The notes beneath the pieces were generated by a model. The model had not been told where the DNA came from. It did not search any database and saw nothing but the letters and a program-made list of their open reading frames with translations. A DNA stretch of 64,000 bases from Narcine bancroftii (taxonomy: Eukaryota). Shown piece after piece: positions 13,615-26,525 of this stretch. Every line of letters begins with the position of its first letter. Positions within the stretch are counted from its first letter, which is position 1. The translations under genes were made by a program, and so were the position numbers. The stretch is from contig NC_091478.1 of assembly GCF_036971445.1 (NCBI RefSeq), positions 101,556,001 to 101,620,000 on the forward strand. The letters run 5' to 3'.

Positions 13615-14035
13615 CTCAAAGATTACATGGAGGTTAGTGGGGTGGTAGGTGAGCTCAAGGGGAATCTTGTCTTTGGTGTGTGTGGGGGAAGAGGGGATCA
13701 GGACTGATGTGTGGGTAACCACTCACCCCCCCCCCATCTTTGTCCCCCTCACATGCTCATGCTCTCCCTTTCTCTCTCTCTTTCTCCCTTTTCCCTCTGT
13801 CTCCTTTCACAGAGCCAAAAACAATTCTCACCTTTCCTTTTATCATATCTTTTGTTGGTCTGGACTCTCCCCTCCCATTCTTCCACCTTTCTCTCATTCT
13901 TTATTAAAATACCTGCCAGCTGTTTGCTCATACCTTGAAGGCGGCCTCAGGCCCAAAATATTGGTAATATATCTTTACCTTCTATGGATGCTGCGAGACC
14001 TGCTGAGTTCCTCCAGCATTTACTGGGTGTTTTCA
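13615..14035. mobile_element. Penelope-like remnant: inverted ORF piece joined to a plus-strand terminal repeat
   Basis: 13615-13712 minus reads KDKIPLELTYHPTNL; 13933-13973 hammerhead-like stems ggcc-tca-ggcc and atatt-ggt-aatat; terminus gatgctgcgagacctgctgagttcctccagcatt. Confidence 0.7.
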
Positions 14036-14689
14036 CTCTGGGTCTGTTCTGTACAGTGTTTGTACATTCTCCCCGTGACTGCATGGGCTTCATCCAAATG
14101 CTCCATTTCCTTGCAACAGGTGTGTGCTCAGTTAAATGTTTAATTGTTAATAAAGGACCACATAAAATATTGCTACAACCACTTAATATTCCCACAAAAT
14201 GAGAGACCTTTAATAAGTGGGTGTAGTGAAGGATTTTCATTTTATTCGGGGGGGGGTTTTGATCAGTTATTTATTTGCTTCAAATCTCTGAGGATTATGG
14301 ACAATTATGCAGCTGGATGAGTAACTCACTGATATCCAAAGTACCGCATTTAACAGAGACAACATCCTTCATAAAATTGGAACATATCTATTAAGTTTGA
14401 GCCAAATTTGTTAGTGTCTCTCGACAGAAATACCAAAACATCTCCAAGTCAAGATTTTTATGGAATAGTATCACAGATCTATCATTGCACAGTTTTCTAT
14501 TCATTTTCAGTGTTTTTACATTTGCCAGTGAATAGAGTACAAAACCTATTGGGCTTCTGAGTCACAAACATTGTGGTGGCTCATGTTAACCTACAGTTCT
14601 TGTCAGAAGTATAGGTGAGTCAAATACAATACATCCCATTGTATAAGAGTGAAGAAACCATGATAGGATTTTCTTACTAAGTGGTAGAG

Positions 14690-15260
14690 CTCTTCAGAAT
14701 CTAGTCAACCATAATTCCTTGAAAGTGGCATCGCAGATAGTTAAATCATAAATGGAGTTTTTGGGATGTTATAATGAAGTTGTACAAGACTTTGGTGACA
14801 GCAAAACTGGGATATTTTATGTAGTTTTGGTCATCTAACTAAAGGAACGATATCAATAAGGTTCAAAGAGTACATGGACATTTGAAGTTGCATTATAGGG
14901 AAAGGTTGATGGAGGTATGAGGCGTATAGATAGAATAAATGCAAACAAACTTTTCCCACTCCAATTAGGTGAGTCAAGAATGGGAGGATGTTGGTTAAGG
15001 GTTAAAGGTGAAATATTTATGGGGACTATCAGGAGATCTTCTTCACTCAGAGGGTAGTGAGAGTATGGAATGAGCTGCAAGGAGAAGTGTTGGATTTCAT
15101 CATTTAAGAGAAATTTGGATTGGTACCTGGGTGGAATGTGAGAGGGGTATGGAGGCCTAATGATCTGGGTCCAGGTTAGTGGGAATAGGCAGAAACAAAT
15201 AGTTTGGAGTGAACCAAATTGCCCAGAGGGCCTGTTTCTCTGCTGTATTGTTCTATGGTG
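14690..15260 (+). mobile_element. CR1-clade LINE 3' fragment (old)
   Basis: LYKTLV and FFTQRVVRVWNEL remnants; tail agagggcctgtttctctgctgtattgttctatg. Confidence 0.75.
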
Positions 15261-15909
15261 CCATGAATATTCTTGTTTTAAAGAGAGAAAACATCATGTA
15301 ATACTTACCTAAGCAATAATGATTCTATATTGATATCATCAGACAATTATACCCAGACATACATCTCATGTTTCTCAAGACCCATTGAGTAGATCTGGCC
15401 TTTTTATCCCTGCCATTGCAATTATTTGGAAGAAAGCAGTATGAGCAAAAGCTACAAGCATCTTTGAAGTCACTTTCTCTCGGTGATTTCACCTTGGAAT
15501 AAATTTACTTTGGACAAATCAAGAACCAATAAGAGGGCAAATGTGTTGCACAAGGTGTTGGCAGAGGAATGTTATTTGCATTTTAGTCATCAGAAGTGGG
15601 GAAAGTTTACCTCAGATTCTGAAAGTTCAGTCAATAACCGTAGTGTTAGAATCTACTAACAGTAAATGACATTCTGTTTCCGCCGTGTTGACAAATCATG
15701 GAAAATGTGTTTCTGAACTGACTAACATTTTATCTCAACTTTTGTGTTCAGACTTTTAAATGCAGTCTAGTGTCTGATAAGCACCTGACCTTTAGGTGCT
15801 GAATGCATTCACTGGCCCTACATTTAGTTTGAACAGAGGAACTTGCTTGTGAATTCAACGTTTATGGGTTCATGTTTAAACTCCTCCAGAAGTTTAAACA
15901 CAAATATTT

Positions 15910-16190
15910 AGATTGACAGTCCAGTATAGTGCTGAGGGAGAAATGCAGTGCAATAAGTGCTGTCTCTGGAATATAATTCCACTACTCTCCCTGATGGAAA
16001 TAAATTATTTCAAAGTGGCCCAGTCAATAACCGAGAAAGCAAATTAGCCAGTCATTATCAGATTGTTCTTGGGAGTTTGTGAAAGTTTGCTGTCTTTCCA
16101 GAATTTCAACAGTGAGTGAAAACACTTGAAAACGTTTTATTGACAGTAAAGGGCATTGGGGCAAGGAAAGGTGCAGATGAACAGGTAGCC
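15910..16190 (+). mobile_element. DeuSINE/SacSINE1-like ancient SINE
   Basis: gtgctgagggag..tgca, gtcattatcagattg..gggagtttg, caacagtga..acttgaaa pattern recurring in the window. Confidence 0.5.
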
Positions 16191-16969
16191 CAGAATGGGA
16201 TGCCAATATTCATTTATAAAGCTGAAGGAAGATGCATGCTTGTGTATATTATCAATTAATAATCTTTTGCCAAACTTAGATATGGTTTAAAAACACTAAT
16301 CAAAGTAACCTGCTTTGGATTAGCTTTGCACTGAATAAATGATTGGAAGAAGTCCTTCAACAGAATACTGCCTTGCAATATGGCCCCTAACTGTACACAG
16401 AATTATTGCAAAGGAACCCTATCACACATTGTCCATTATTCATTGTCCTGAATTCAATCCAACTGATGGGCTTGCCTGACCTAATTCAGGGGCAATTTTA
16501 GAGTCAACCTAGTGAAGGAGTGAAAATTTCATAGGCGGAACTGGGAAAGAAAACAATTTTAATTTTAATTAAAAATGTTAGAAAAATAAAATAAATATAC
16601 TGCCATTCCATCAGTCTGAAGTTCAGCCAAATGAAAATGTTATTTTTATTTAAACGGATATCTTTCCACTTGAATGTTATAACATAGAATTATAATAGTC
16701 ATTTTCTATGACTGCAGTCAGATTTGACACGTGAGACATGTTCGCAATAATTTACTTAAGGTCAGTGAAGAAGCCATATCATTCATCTCTAATGAACTTC
16801 ATGAGAAACATATGCATTTCAATGGAAATGTTTTAAAGTACATTTGCAAAATCATCAACATCGGAAATATAATTTTGGAATAAGACAGTTCTAGTGAATA
16901 AAAAAAGCACTTTTACAAAGCATAGCTGAGAATAGGAATTTGACCATTCATCTTCTCAAACCTACGTGA

Positions 16970-17295
16970 GTGTCAGCTGTGGCTTAATCGGTGACTTTGG
17001 AATCAAAGTTGTTAGGTATTAATCCTCCTAGAAGTCTTGACTGACGTTCCACTATCTAGTAACTATCCTAGTTCTGCGTGTGAGATCCTCTTCCGCAGAA
17101 TAAGATCTCAGTTTGAAACCCTGCTTGATGTTTTGTGCAGCTATCAGAGATGGCAGGATGTAGTTTGAAAGAGGACATGGAAGTTAACCATAATGTCCTG
17201 TGCTTGCCTTAAACACAGTCAACATTACAAAACATTCAGTCACCATCATGGCACTGACTGTAGAAGCTTGCTATATGCAAATTAATTGCTGTTTG
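16970..17295 (+). mobile_element. DeuSINE/SacSINE1-like ancient SINE
   Basis: gtcagctgtggcttaatcgg head; gaagcttgctatatgcaaattaattgctg Deu-like core. Confidence 0.45.
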
Positions 17296-17725
17296 TAAAA
17301 ACCTTATCTTATGCCCATAACTACACAAAGTTCCATTCAGCCCAATGTGTCAATGCCATTTCTATCCTATTAGTTCCATTCCTATTCTCCTGTACTTCTT
17401 ACTATTCTCTCTCATCAACTCCCCTTTGATTATTTTCACCACAAATTTACTCAAACGGGAGTTTACTTGCCAGCATGACTTTGAAATGTGGAAGGAAACC
17501 AGAGCCACCAGATGAAAACCCTGGGATCATGGAAAGAATGTGTAAACCCTACACAGAGAAAACTGGAGATCAGACACTATGAGACACCAGCTCTGTGAGT
17601 TATGTCACTTGCTGCCCTTCAAGTTAAAAGAGTAAATGTAGCTTATTGGCGATAAAGCATTTTGGAGGCCTCAAAATGCATGGATGTCAGATTTATTTAT
17701 TTTGAATGCTCCATATTCAATTAGC

Positions 17726-18620
17726 CAGTGGTTCTTAAACTCTTTTCACCCATAGACCACCTTAAGTATTTTCTTTTACTCACCGGCCATAACATAGCCA
17801 TGAACCACCAGCTGTTGAGGGATGTGGCACTGGTGAGCTCGAGCCAATACCAATACCACTGACAGGATTTTTGTTTAGTTTTGGTGGCAACATTTTTTGA
17901 GAATTTCCAGTTGTCAAATTTACAACCTTGTTTTACACGTTGCTTCTTTATCAGCATTTCTTCTTTCTTTTCTTTGGCTTGGCTTCGCGGACGAAGATTT
18001 ATGGAGGGGGTAAATGTCCACGTCAGCTGCAGGCTCGTTTGTGGCTGACAAGTCCGATGCGGGACAGGCAGACACGGTTGCAGGGGAAAATTGGTGGGTT
18101 GGGGTTGGGTGTTGGGTTTTTCCTCCTTTGCCTTTTGTCAGTGAGGTGGACTCTGCGGTCTTCTTCAAAGGAGGTTGCTGCCCGCCAAACTGTGAGGCGC
18201 CAAGATGCACGGTTTAAGGCGATATCAGCCCACTGGCGGTGGTCAATGTGGCAGGCACCAAGAGATTTCTTTAGGCAGTCCTTGTACCTTTTCTTTGGTG
18301 CACCTCTGTCACGGTGGCCAGTGGAGAGCTCGCCATATAACACGATCTTGGGAAGGCGATGGTCCTCCATTCTGGAGACGTGGCCCACCCAGCGCAGCTG
18401 GATCTTCAGCAGCGTGGACTCGATGCTGTCGGCCTCTGCTATCTCGAGTACTTCGACGTTAGGGATGAAAGCGCTCCAATGAATGTTGAGGATGGAGCGG
18501 AGACAACACTGGTGGAAGCGTTCTACGAGCTGTAGGTGATGCCGGTAGAGGACCCATGATTCGCATTTACCTTTGCTGCATCACCACAGATGACCCTTTG
18601 CACACCAGAGGTTGGGAAAT
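17726..18620. mobile_element. Possible degenerate hAT-type MITE interrupted by an RTE copy
   Basis: Left end cagtggttcttaaact; right end ccagaggttgggaa only partly complementary. Confidence 0.35.
17960..18562 (-). mobile_element. RTE/BovB-like LINE, 5'-truncated
   Basis: GHVSRMEDHRLPKIVLYGEL..RIGLVSHKRACS; (aaag)-type tail; possible TSD gcattt (17954-59, 18563-68). Confidence 0.95.
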
Positions 18621-18717
18621 ACAAAAATAGATGACTGCTGAATTGGCAACAGAAAACTGTTAGGAAGTTTGGAATATTCTTGCATATTCATTTATGTAAT
18701 TGTTTAAAACACAGTAG

Positions 18718-18915
18718 AATTAGATTCCAGCCACTGAAACCCAATTATACCTAACAACCCATGTTGGAGAATGGGAGGATACTAGATCACTCAGGCAAAA
18801 CCTGTGCAGGTCACGGGGAAAATGTACAAACTCCTCACATACATTGGCGGATTCGAACCCAAGTCGCTGGTGCTGCAATAACATTGCACTAAATGCTATA
18901 CCTACCATGCCACCC
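18718..18915 (-). mobile_element. HE1/V-SINE-like SINE
   Basis: gggttcgaatcc B-box; gaggagtttgtacattttccccgtgacctgc core. Confidence 0.75.
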
Positions 18916-20189
18916 ACCTGTGCTAACCGTGATCCCATTTGGATACTCATGAACTGACTGGCAAATGCTATCAGGTCACTTTGGTATTGACTCCATTCTC
19001 CAGTAATATCCAGGTTATTGAGCTTTTAAATTGTATTGAGAGACAATGGATTTGTAGCCTACCAGAGGGGTAAACTTGTGTATACATTCTCTATACAAAA
19101 TAAATGCAAAGCCTATCTATACTCCATCTACATGAATTTCACATCAGAGATTATATTATGTGTGGGACGTCTATTGTAAGAAGCAGTTGAAAGATTTATT
19201 TCAGGATTGAAATGCACTTCAAAGCAGTAAAACATTTAAGGTGAAGCAAGTTAAGAATATGAGAAAGAAATGGAAGTGCCTTCAACAAGCATTTCCAAAC
19301 CAAAAAAAAATGATGCCAAATCTCATCAAGGAGGTCCTGATTTAGGGGAGGTCTTTGTTGTAGAAATAGAATTTTGTTTTGTTTAATTCATTACCAAGAT
19401 ATCTAATAATTGCAGTGAGGAGAGATCTGTTGGGTCATGAGGTTGCAGACTGCACTGGAATAAAATGTTGCTTGAGCTAAAGACAATCCTCCATTTTGAG
19501 GAGGCACCTTCATTTTGAATCCATCCCATGATGCACAATGTGTGCAACAGACCAGCGGTTAGGTTCAGTTGGAAAATGGGATTCTAAATCTACAACAACT
19601 GAGATAAATTGAAGCTGAAACCATGGCTTTCAATGGTGAAACTGTTGATACCCAGTGGCCAAAATTGAAGGACACTACTTAAATGAGAGCAGATATCTCA
19701 AGAACAAAGCTACACGGACATTAATGACTTGTTCATAATTGTGGCTTTGGAGCTGACAGATGAAGATAGAAAATATTCAGAACAGCTATCAGTTGGTCTG
19801 AAAAAGGAATCCAATGTTCCACTGTATCCACTGCAACACACACCTATTTCAAGAAGATGAACAAGATTTTACTGATTTTGTTGTGGGACAGAAGAGTTTG
19901 ATTTCTAATTGAATGGGAAAAAAGAATAATGATCTTCGATAAAGTTAAATAATTCATTTCCCAAGGTGCTCACTCCAAGAGTTACCCATCCTTTTAGTAC
20001 TTCCCGCTCAGTGTTTTAACAATGGTTTTTTTTTCCCACTTCGGTACTGGTTATTGAAAGAGCATACTGATAGAACTGCTCTCTATTTTAATAAAAAATG
20101 CTGAAGAAATATTCAGAATCTATTACTGAACTCGCTAAAATTTGTTTACAACTTTGTGTGGTGAAGGGTGTTTCTTCTAACAATTAAAA

Positions 20190-20530
20190 GGATTGGATCT
20201 CATTGGAATTTTATCAATGGATCTTATTGAAACTAAAGTATTTAAGTGATAAATGATGAGAGGATATTTCCATTTGTAGGGGAATTGAGAGCTCGAGCAT
20301 TGTTTCAGAAGAGTGAGATTTCCGATTCATATCAGAGTTGAGGAGGATTCCCTTAAAGTGTTGGGAATCCATGGACCTAGAGGTCGAATCATTGATGATA
20401 TTGAAGGTTGAGAAAGATTGACTCTTGCGGGGATGGGTGGGGGGGTGTCCAGGATCCTGAAATCAGACAGGAAAGTGGTGTTGAGGCCAAATATCAAATC
20501 ATCCACATTCTTATTGAATAGTGAAGCAGC
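20190..20530 (+). mobile_element. CR1-clade LINE 3' fragment (old)
   Basis: gatcttattgaaac, aaggttgagaaagattg and ccacattcttattgaatagtgaagcag, resembling the tail of the 49.1-kb copy. Confidence 0.5.
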
Positions 20531-20699
20531 TGCTCTTCTTCCTTATGTTTTGGCATTCTTAAAATAATCCCCAGCCATCAATTCACAACATCTACTCAAC
20601 AGTGGTTGTATTTCCCTGCATTATAACTCCACCTACCTTTTAAAAAGTAATTCATATACTGATGGTCCAGGTGGGGCTTTCAATCTTGGTTTGACTTGT

Positions 20700-21770
20700 A
20701 CATAGACCACAACTTTGCTTCCTTTGAGCAATTATCTGCCAAATTTAAATTAACATTTTTTTTGCTATTTACAGATTAGGACATTCTTAAACTCCTTAAC
20801 GTTGAGGCTTCCCTAAGATTTAGATTTTATCTGGGAGTATACAATTTTAGACCTAATCAGAAAGGACTGCTTTCAGCCCTTGGTGAATTACTGTTAAGAT
20901 CTAGCAATAGTTCTTTATCTAACATTAAAAGCATTTGGGAACATGATTTTCAACAATTGTTTGCTGAAGATACATGAGAGTCTATTTTTAAAAATGTACA
21001 TTCACCCTCTCTCTCTGTGCTAGACCTTCCTTATTACAATGTAAAGTAGTCCATCAGGCCCACTATTCCAAAGTTCAATTAGCTAAATTTTACCCCAATA
21101 TATCCTCTAAATGTGATCAGTGTACAGCTCAGGAAGATTGTTTATATCAGATGTCCCTCACTTTGTTACTACTGGAAAGAGGTATTTAGTGCACTTTATA
21201 TAAATCTCTCTCCGAGGCCATTTATTGGTATTTTTGGAACAAGCGGACCAATGGACTTAATTTTGACTCCATTTCAATCCCATGTGGTCACTTTGGCTTC
21301 CCTGATTGATAAGAGGTTCATTGAGTTGTAGTAGAAAGATGTCCCTCCCACCCAGACACAATGATGATCGGATTTGATGGCATCCCTCTCTCTCTCCACA
21401 GAAAATTAAGTGCTCAACTACTACAATAAGTATTAATTTTTTTCTCTTTGGGTTTTTTTTTAATTATTTTCAAAATTTATAGTTTAATTATTTTTGGTCT
21501 TTATGTTTTTCCCCTTTTCATTTCCTTTTTTATCTGAACCTATTAGTTTTGAAATTAGTAGGTGACGCCTGACTTTGACAGTAATCGCTCAAACAATAGG
21601 TTGGGGTTAGAAATTTAATTAGATTAGTTATAAATATTTTTTCTTTTCCTTATTTTTAATCAATAACATGGATTATTTTAATTTACTGCTACTTGAACAT
21701 TATATCATATGTAACTATGTATCGGATATTTTTTTCATAAACCAATAAAAAAGATTGAAAAAGAAAAGTA
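20700..21770 (+). mobile_element. L1/Tx1-like LINE 3' part (C-terminal zinc-finger region plus 3' UTR)
   Basis: KVVHQAHYSKVQLAKFYPNISSKCDQC..CPSLCYYWKEVF; T-rich UTR; ends caataaaaaagattgaaaaagaaaag. Confidence 0.75.
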
Positions 21771-21849
21771 ATTAATCACCTTTGGAGTTTTCTGGGAGGT
21801 CCTGAGGATTAGACTGGCACTATTTGAATGCAAGTTATTTCTTTCTTTA

Positions 21850-22190
21850 GCGAATTTCAGGTGGCTACAATACCCGACTGTAAAGCCACCTATTCTACCC
21901 CAATGCAGCTGTCGGGTGGCCACCTGAAAGAGAACCCGGCCAGGAGGAGCACTTACCTAACCCTCCTCCTGCAGGTATAGTCTCCGGCTCGGAGAATCCT
22001 CCATTGCACCTGAAAGCAGCAGTAGGACTACAGCCACAGGAGCCGGCATTCGCTCGGACACGGATCTCCTTCAGCTGGCACATTCAGGAGACCAAAAGAC
22101 GTCTTCTCTGCGACCACCTGAACGTCCCAGCTGCACTCCCCCAGCTGAGTCTGCTGGCGCATTATCTGCACCCAAGCACCTGAAAGCGGC
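21850..22190. mobile_element. Putative MITE (PIF/Harbinger-like ends) with internal palindromes
   Basis: Ends gcgaatttcaggtgg / cacctgaaagcggc; four internal CACCTGAA copies; inverted repeat 22072-22092 vs 22111-22133; GC/CpG-rich relative to flanks. Confidence 0.5.
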
Positions 22191-22639
22191 ATTTGTCTGA
22201 CTTTAAGTTGCTATTTCCATTGATAGTTTCCTCTTCCCTGCAGTTCTGAATGCATATCCTGATTGTTGCAGACCAGAAATTATCAGCCGTGATAATCTAT
22301 TCAATGTCAAATTGATCTTAGCACTCATTTCCTACTGGTTGTATTTTAATTTCTAGTAATCCCGACATCTGTTGTGATCACTCAATAAAATTTCTTAACA
22401 AGTAGTTCTTAACAAGTAGAATCCCTGAAAGTTTGGTTTCAAGTTACCAAAAGGTTTGCAGGGGCCCAATCAATTATCACACTTGTAGTCAAAGCCTTTA
22501 CTGCCCCCTAGCTCTGCCTTCCTTCCACCAACAGAATCCTGCCAATGCCATTCTTCAACCTCAACATTATTTTGGGAATTAACGATTGCCCCACTTCACA
22601 CCTAATGGAACCTCATCAATATTACCCATCCAATATATT

Positions 22640-23450
22640 CAAGATTCAGTTTATTGATATTGTAATAAGACAGTGCCATATTACTTGAAATTGCTTTTGC
22701 CTGCTGCAAGGCCAACAGATTCACAATTGGCAGAAATTGCCTGAAGCGCCTCTGACAGTCAGAGAAAGGGAAGAAAAGAGACCCCCCCACCCACCCACCC
22801 ACCAGAGTTACTGAGTGTCCATAGATTCACCTCCAGCACTTCTGCAGCCACACAGAGTCCAGTCCAAACCACTGGCAACCTGAGCTCCAGATCCAAACTT
22901 ATGACATGTTCAGGAACCCTTCAGTACCCGTTCACATCTGATACTCCTTCAGCTGGTTTTGAGCCTAGCATGAGTCTCCCGACAGCAGTCTCTGGCATCT
23001 TACAGCCTCCGTGGATTCCTTGCCTTGAGTCACCAGCAGACCACCACATGCATTGGTCTTTGAGCCACATAGCCCCCTCACTGGTCCACCACTGTGGTCA
23101 CCGTCCCCATGGGTAATCTTCTTCTTCTCAGATGGGGAATTGTCTCCCCATTTTCTGGTGCCATGCGCCAGTCCTCTGCCTCCCCAGAGTCTGCAAACGC
23201 TCATGGCTGCTCCTCATTAATAGGCGCTGCCATCTTGGGTGCAGACTCCGGGGTTGCAGGATTTTAAATAAAACCACCATCAGCTCCTATAATGGGCCAT
23301 TAAGAATCTTTGCGGAGCTGACAGCAGTTGACTGGTCGATTGGACTCTACGGGAGTGCTGTATCTCTACTCCTTGCCCCCCCACGGGTCTGCACCAACAG
23401 CAACAATGCCATTTCAGTGGTTCTGACAGTGCCGTTGTCCCAGCTATAGT
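22640..23450 (-). mobile_element. Possible non-autonomous non-LTR element with Rex-like 3' tail
   Basis: ttcagtttattgatattg tail like the Rex copies; GC-rich body with aagatggcagcgcc; no RT motif. Confidence 0.35.
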
Positions 23451-23609
23451 AATCTTTTTAGATCCTACAGTCGTCTCTGAGTCAAAAGGTCCAATTAAAT
23501 TTGAGATGCTTGAGCACAACACAAAAATGGAACAGACACTGCTCTTCAGATGTGAATGAAGTCTTCAACTATTTCTCCAGAAGGCCCCTGACAGCCAGAG
23601 ACATTGTAA

Positions 23610-23995
23610 CGTGATATGCTGACCAATATCTACCCTTAACCAACAACACTAAACTCAGAAACTTAGTAGGTCAGGGAGCATCCATCGTTAGAAATGGTCA
23701 GTAAATATTTCAGGTTCAATGCAAAGGTTCCAAACTGAAACATTAACTGACCGTTTCTCTCCATGGTCACTACCTGACTTGCTGAGTCCCTCCAACTTTG
23801 TTCACTCAATATTCCAGCATTAGCAGTTTTCGTGTTTCACCACTAAAATCTGATGAATGCAGCAAAATCCCACTGTAGTTGTGGGATCTTCTGTGCACAA
23901 ATTGTGCAGTGGCATTTCAACAGTGACTAGAATCCAAGAGCATTTCTCTGGCTGTGAAGAGAAGAAAACGTGATATATAAATGCAAGCTCTTTTT
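23610..23995 (+). mobile_element. DeuSINE/SacSINE1-like SINE interrupted by a palindromic Penelope-derived unit
   Basis: ctgaccaatatctacccttaaccaacaacactaaa..tgtgggatcttctgtgcacaaatt..caacagtgactag..tatataaatgcaag. Confidence 0.65.
23654..23840. mobile_element. Palindromic Penelope-terminal-repeat-derived element with 7-bp TSD
   Basis: Arms agtaggtcagggagcatccat..aaatggtcagtaaatatttcag / ctgaaacattaactgaccgtttctctccatgg..acctgacttgct; flanked by CACTAAA (23647-53, 23841-47). Confidence 0.7.
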
Positions 23996-24069
23996 CTGAT
24001 TGGAGGGCCAGCTATTCTGTCAAAAAGGTGGATTTGAAACACACCCCCATTCTCAGACATAGAGCAAAG

Positions 24070-24550
24070 TTCAAATTCAAATTCAGATTTATTGTCAGAG
24101 TACATACACGACATCATATACAACTCTGAGATCTTTTTTCTGCATGAGAGGCAGAATTTCTACTTATAAGTAGAGCAAAAACATCTCTACTGAAGAAAAG
24201 ATACATATACAAAAGAGAGAAATGTAAATAATGAATGTAAACAAATCGACTGCACGACGCAGAAGAAAAAAATATCTTGTATAAATAATGTGCAAAATAA
24301 GAGTCCTTGAATGAGGATCTCTTTGAGCTCATTGTTTATGAGTTTGAAAGTGGAGGGGTAGCAACTGTTCCTGAACCAGGTGGTTTGAGTCTTGTGGTAC
24401 CTACACCTCTTTCCTGATGGCAGCTGTGAAAACAGAGCATGTACTGGATGATATGGGTCCTTGATGATTGCTGCTGCTCTCTGAAGGCAATGTTCCCTCT
24501 AGATTTTCTTGATGGTGGGAAGAGTGATGCCTGTGATATTCTAGACAATG
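24070..24550 (-). mobile_element. Rex1/Babar-like LINE 3' fragment
   Basis: (ttcaaa) tail plus tttattgtcagag; ctgccatcaggaaagaggtgtagg..accacctggttcaggaacag. Confidence 0.75.
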
Positions 24551-24559
24551 TCCTCTAAC

Positions 24560-25600
24560 TTCACAATCTAATCAAATCCTTCCCTACCTCACACGCATAA
24601 CCATCTATTTTTCTTCCATCTGTATGCCTATTTAAGAGTCCTTTATGTGTTCCTATTGTACCAGCCTCCACCACCATCTCTGGCAATGCATTCTAGGAAC
24701 ACACCACTCTCTCTATAAAAAGAAAACTTACCTCTGACACTTCCCCTATACAGGAAATAAACCCTGGTATTTGGAATTCAAGCAACTGGCAAAAAAAAGG
24801 AAAATAAATGTTAAAAATTAAAGCAAAGGGGATTCAAATAATAGGTAAATTTAAAATTATAAAAGTGAATTTTCTCTGAAGAAACACATGAACCTTTGAT
24901 GAAGAGGGGAGCAAATATTCAGTCAGCAGAATGTCTTGGTCGTGCACTGCCCGTTACAGCTGTTTGAATAAACTTGTGTGAAACAGCAATGGCGTCGTCC
25001 AGGATGAAGAGTAGGTTGATGCTGCTCGCGGTTGGCGTGACTCACTTAAAGTATCTCCTTATCTCTGGATATTAAGAGTTGCCTCGGTCAGAGGCTTTAT
25101 CTGTAAAATTGGGGGAGGGGGGTGGTTAATTATCTATAATGTTATTGTTCGTTTTTCGGGCAGCTCCGTGGAGGGGGAGGAACCTGCAGATTCAGCAATG
25201 ATTAAATGTTTTAGAAGAATGTGATGAAAATCAAGTAAAAGGCTTTAAGGTTTATATATTCACATACATGAAGTTTACTCAGTGTAAGTACAGTATTTTA
25301 AGTTGTTTATTCTGAAAGTAGGTGAATTAGTTAGGCATTGCAAGTCTCCAGCAACTGGAAAACACACTTATCCGCATCTACCAATCCCCATAGGTGCTGG
25401 ATATCAGGGGTTTTACTGTACTTCCCTCCACTCACCTTAAACAGATGTCCTCTGGATTTTGCTAATGAGACCCTGGGGTGCTGGTTGTTTACTCTCTGCC
25501 CCTCTTTATCTTGTACACCTCTAATCCTTTGTCGCTCCAAAGAGAAAAGCTCTAGCTCTGTCAATCTTGCTTCTTAAAAAACATTCTCCAAACCAGGCAA
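24560..25600 (-). mobile_element. CR1-clade LINE 3' fragment split by a MITE
   Basis: Halves rejoin as tttaaggtgagtggagggaagTAtaggggaagtgtcagaggtaagtttt; LELFSLERQRIRG, SRGHLFKVSGGKY. Confidence 0.8.
24751..25418. mobile_element. Tigger/pogo-like MITE nested in CR1
   Basis: Ends caggaaataaaccctggtat / atatcaggggttttactg (degenerate TIR), TA on both sides. Confidence 0.75.
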
Positions 25601-26329
25601 CACAAGAGCATAGACAATTATAGGAAGGAAGCTTGGGACATTTTATCACATTCAAGATTCTATTTGAATCTACTTTTGCATTATTGAGTGTGTCAGAGAA
25701 GTGGGTTCAATTCCATCCCGTATCATTTGATATGTCACATTTCCAATGATTCTGTTTGTACAGTGCAAGATTCCCAAAGTTTCTCTGGAGCCAAGACTCT
25801 GTACAACAATGATCCTAAGCCGTCTGAATCATTCAATCATCATTTTGTTAAATATTTTAAACAGTTATCTTACTATTTTCTAACCCTGTCAAAATTGCTA
25901 CTGAAGGACATCTGGTTTGGGTGCCCAGCGTTCACAGCAAGCCACATATATGCGAGATTCCAATCACTGCACAAAAACAAGGTCGCCGTGCCAACGGAAA
26001 CATGCATTAATTTCATCCAAGAGGCATTTGGCTTGAACTCAAATGTAGATTTCTGCCAATACAGGGTTTAACTCCATCCAGTCCGCACTTCCCTTTGGAA
26101 TTAAAGCCTGCAGTCAACGATAACCATTTTTAAAGCTTGCTTTAATGCAGATTTAATTTAGTGGAGTCTACAATTCACACCAAAATCGGTGCTTTTGCGG
26201 CTGTAAATCTTTATGTAAAATAAAGGCCATACCATTAATTGATGAGAGTGATCCCTGTTGAGTCAAACAATCCATAGTATCACTCGATTGTGGTCTGGCA
26301 GGAAAAGAAATGAGCTTTGGCTTACTCCT

Positions 26330-26525
26330 TGTGCAGGCATTTGAGGTTTCTTGTATTGTGCATGGAAGGGTGTTGTGTTCCCATAGCATGCATTTGTAAA
26401 TGGGTATTTGTCTTAATATGTGAACATAGATGTGTGGTTGCATTTGCATATGTGTAGTTGCATATGTTCCTGCAAATGTGTTTGAGGATGTATATATGTC
26501 TGTGCATACCATTGGATGCAAGCAT
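26330..26525. repeat. Decayed TG-rich low-complexity repeat
   Basis: Recurrent tgcat/tgtgt/catttg units; His/Thr-rich spurious ORFs. Confidence 0.5.

Noticed and set aside
19480-19930. Possible host exon or old coding remnant
   Set aside because: No sustained open frame, recognisable domain or convincing splice pair; left unassigned.
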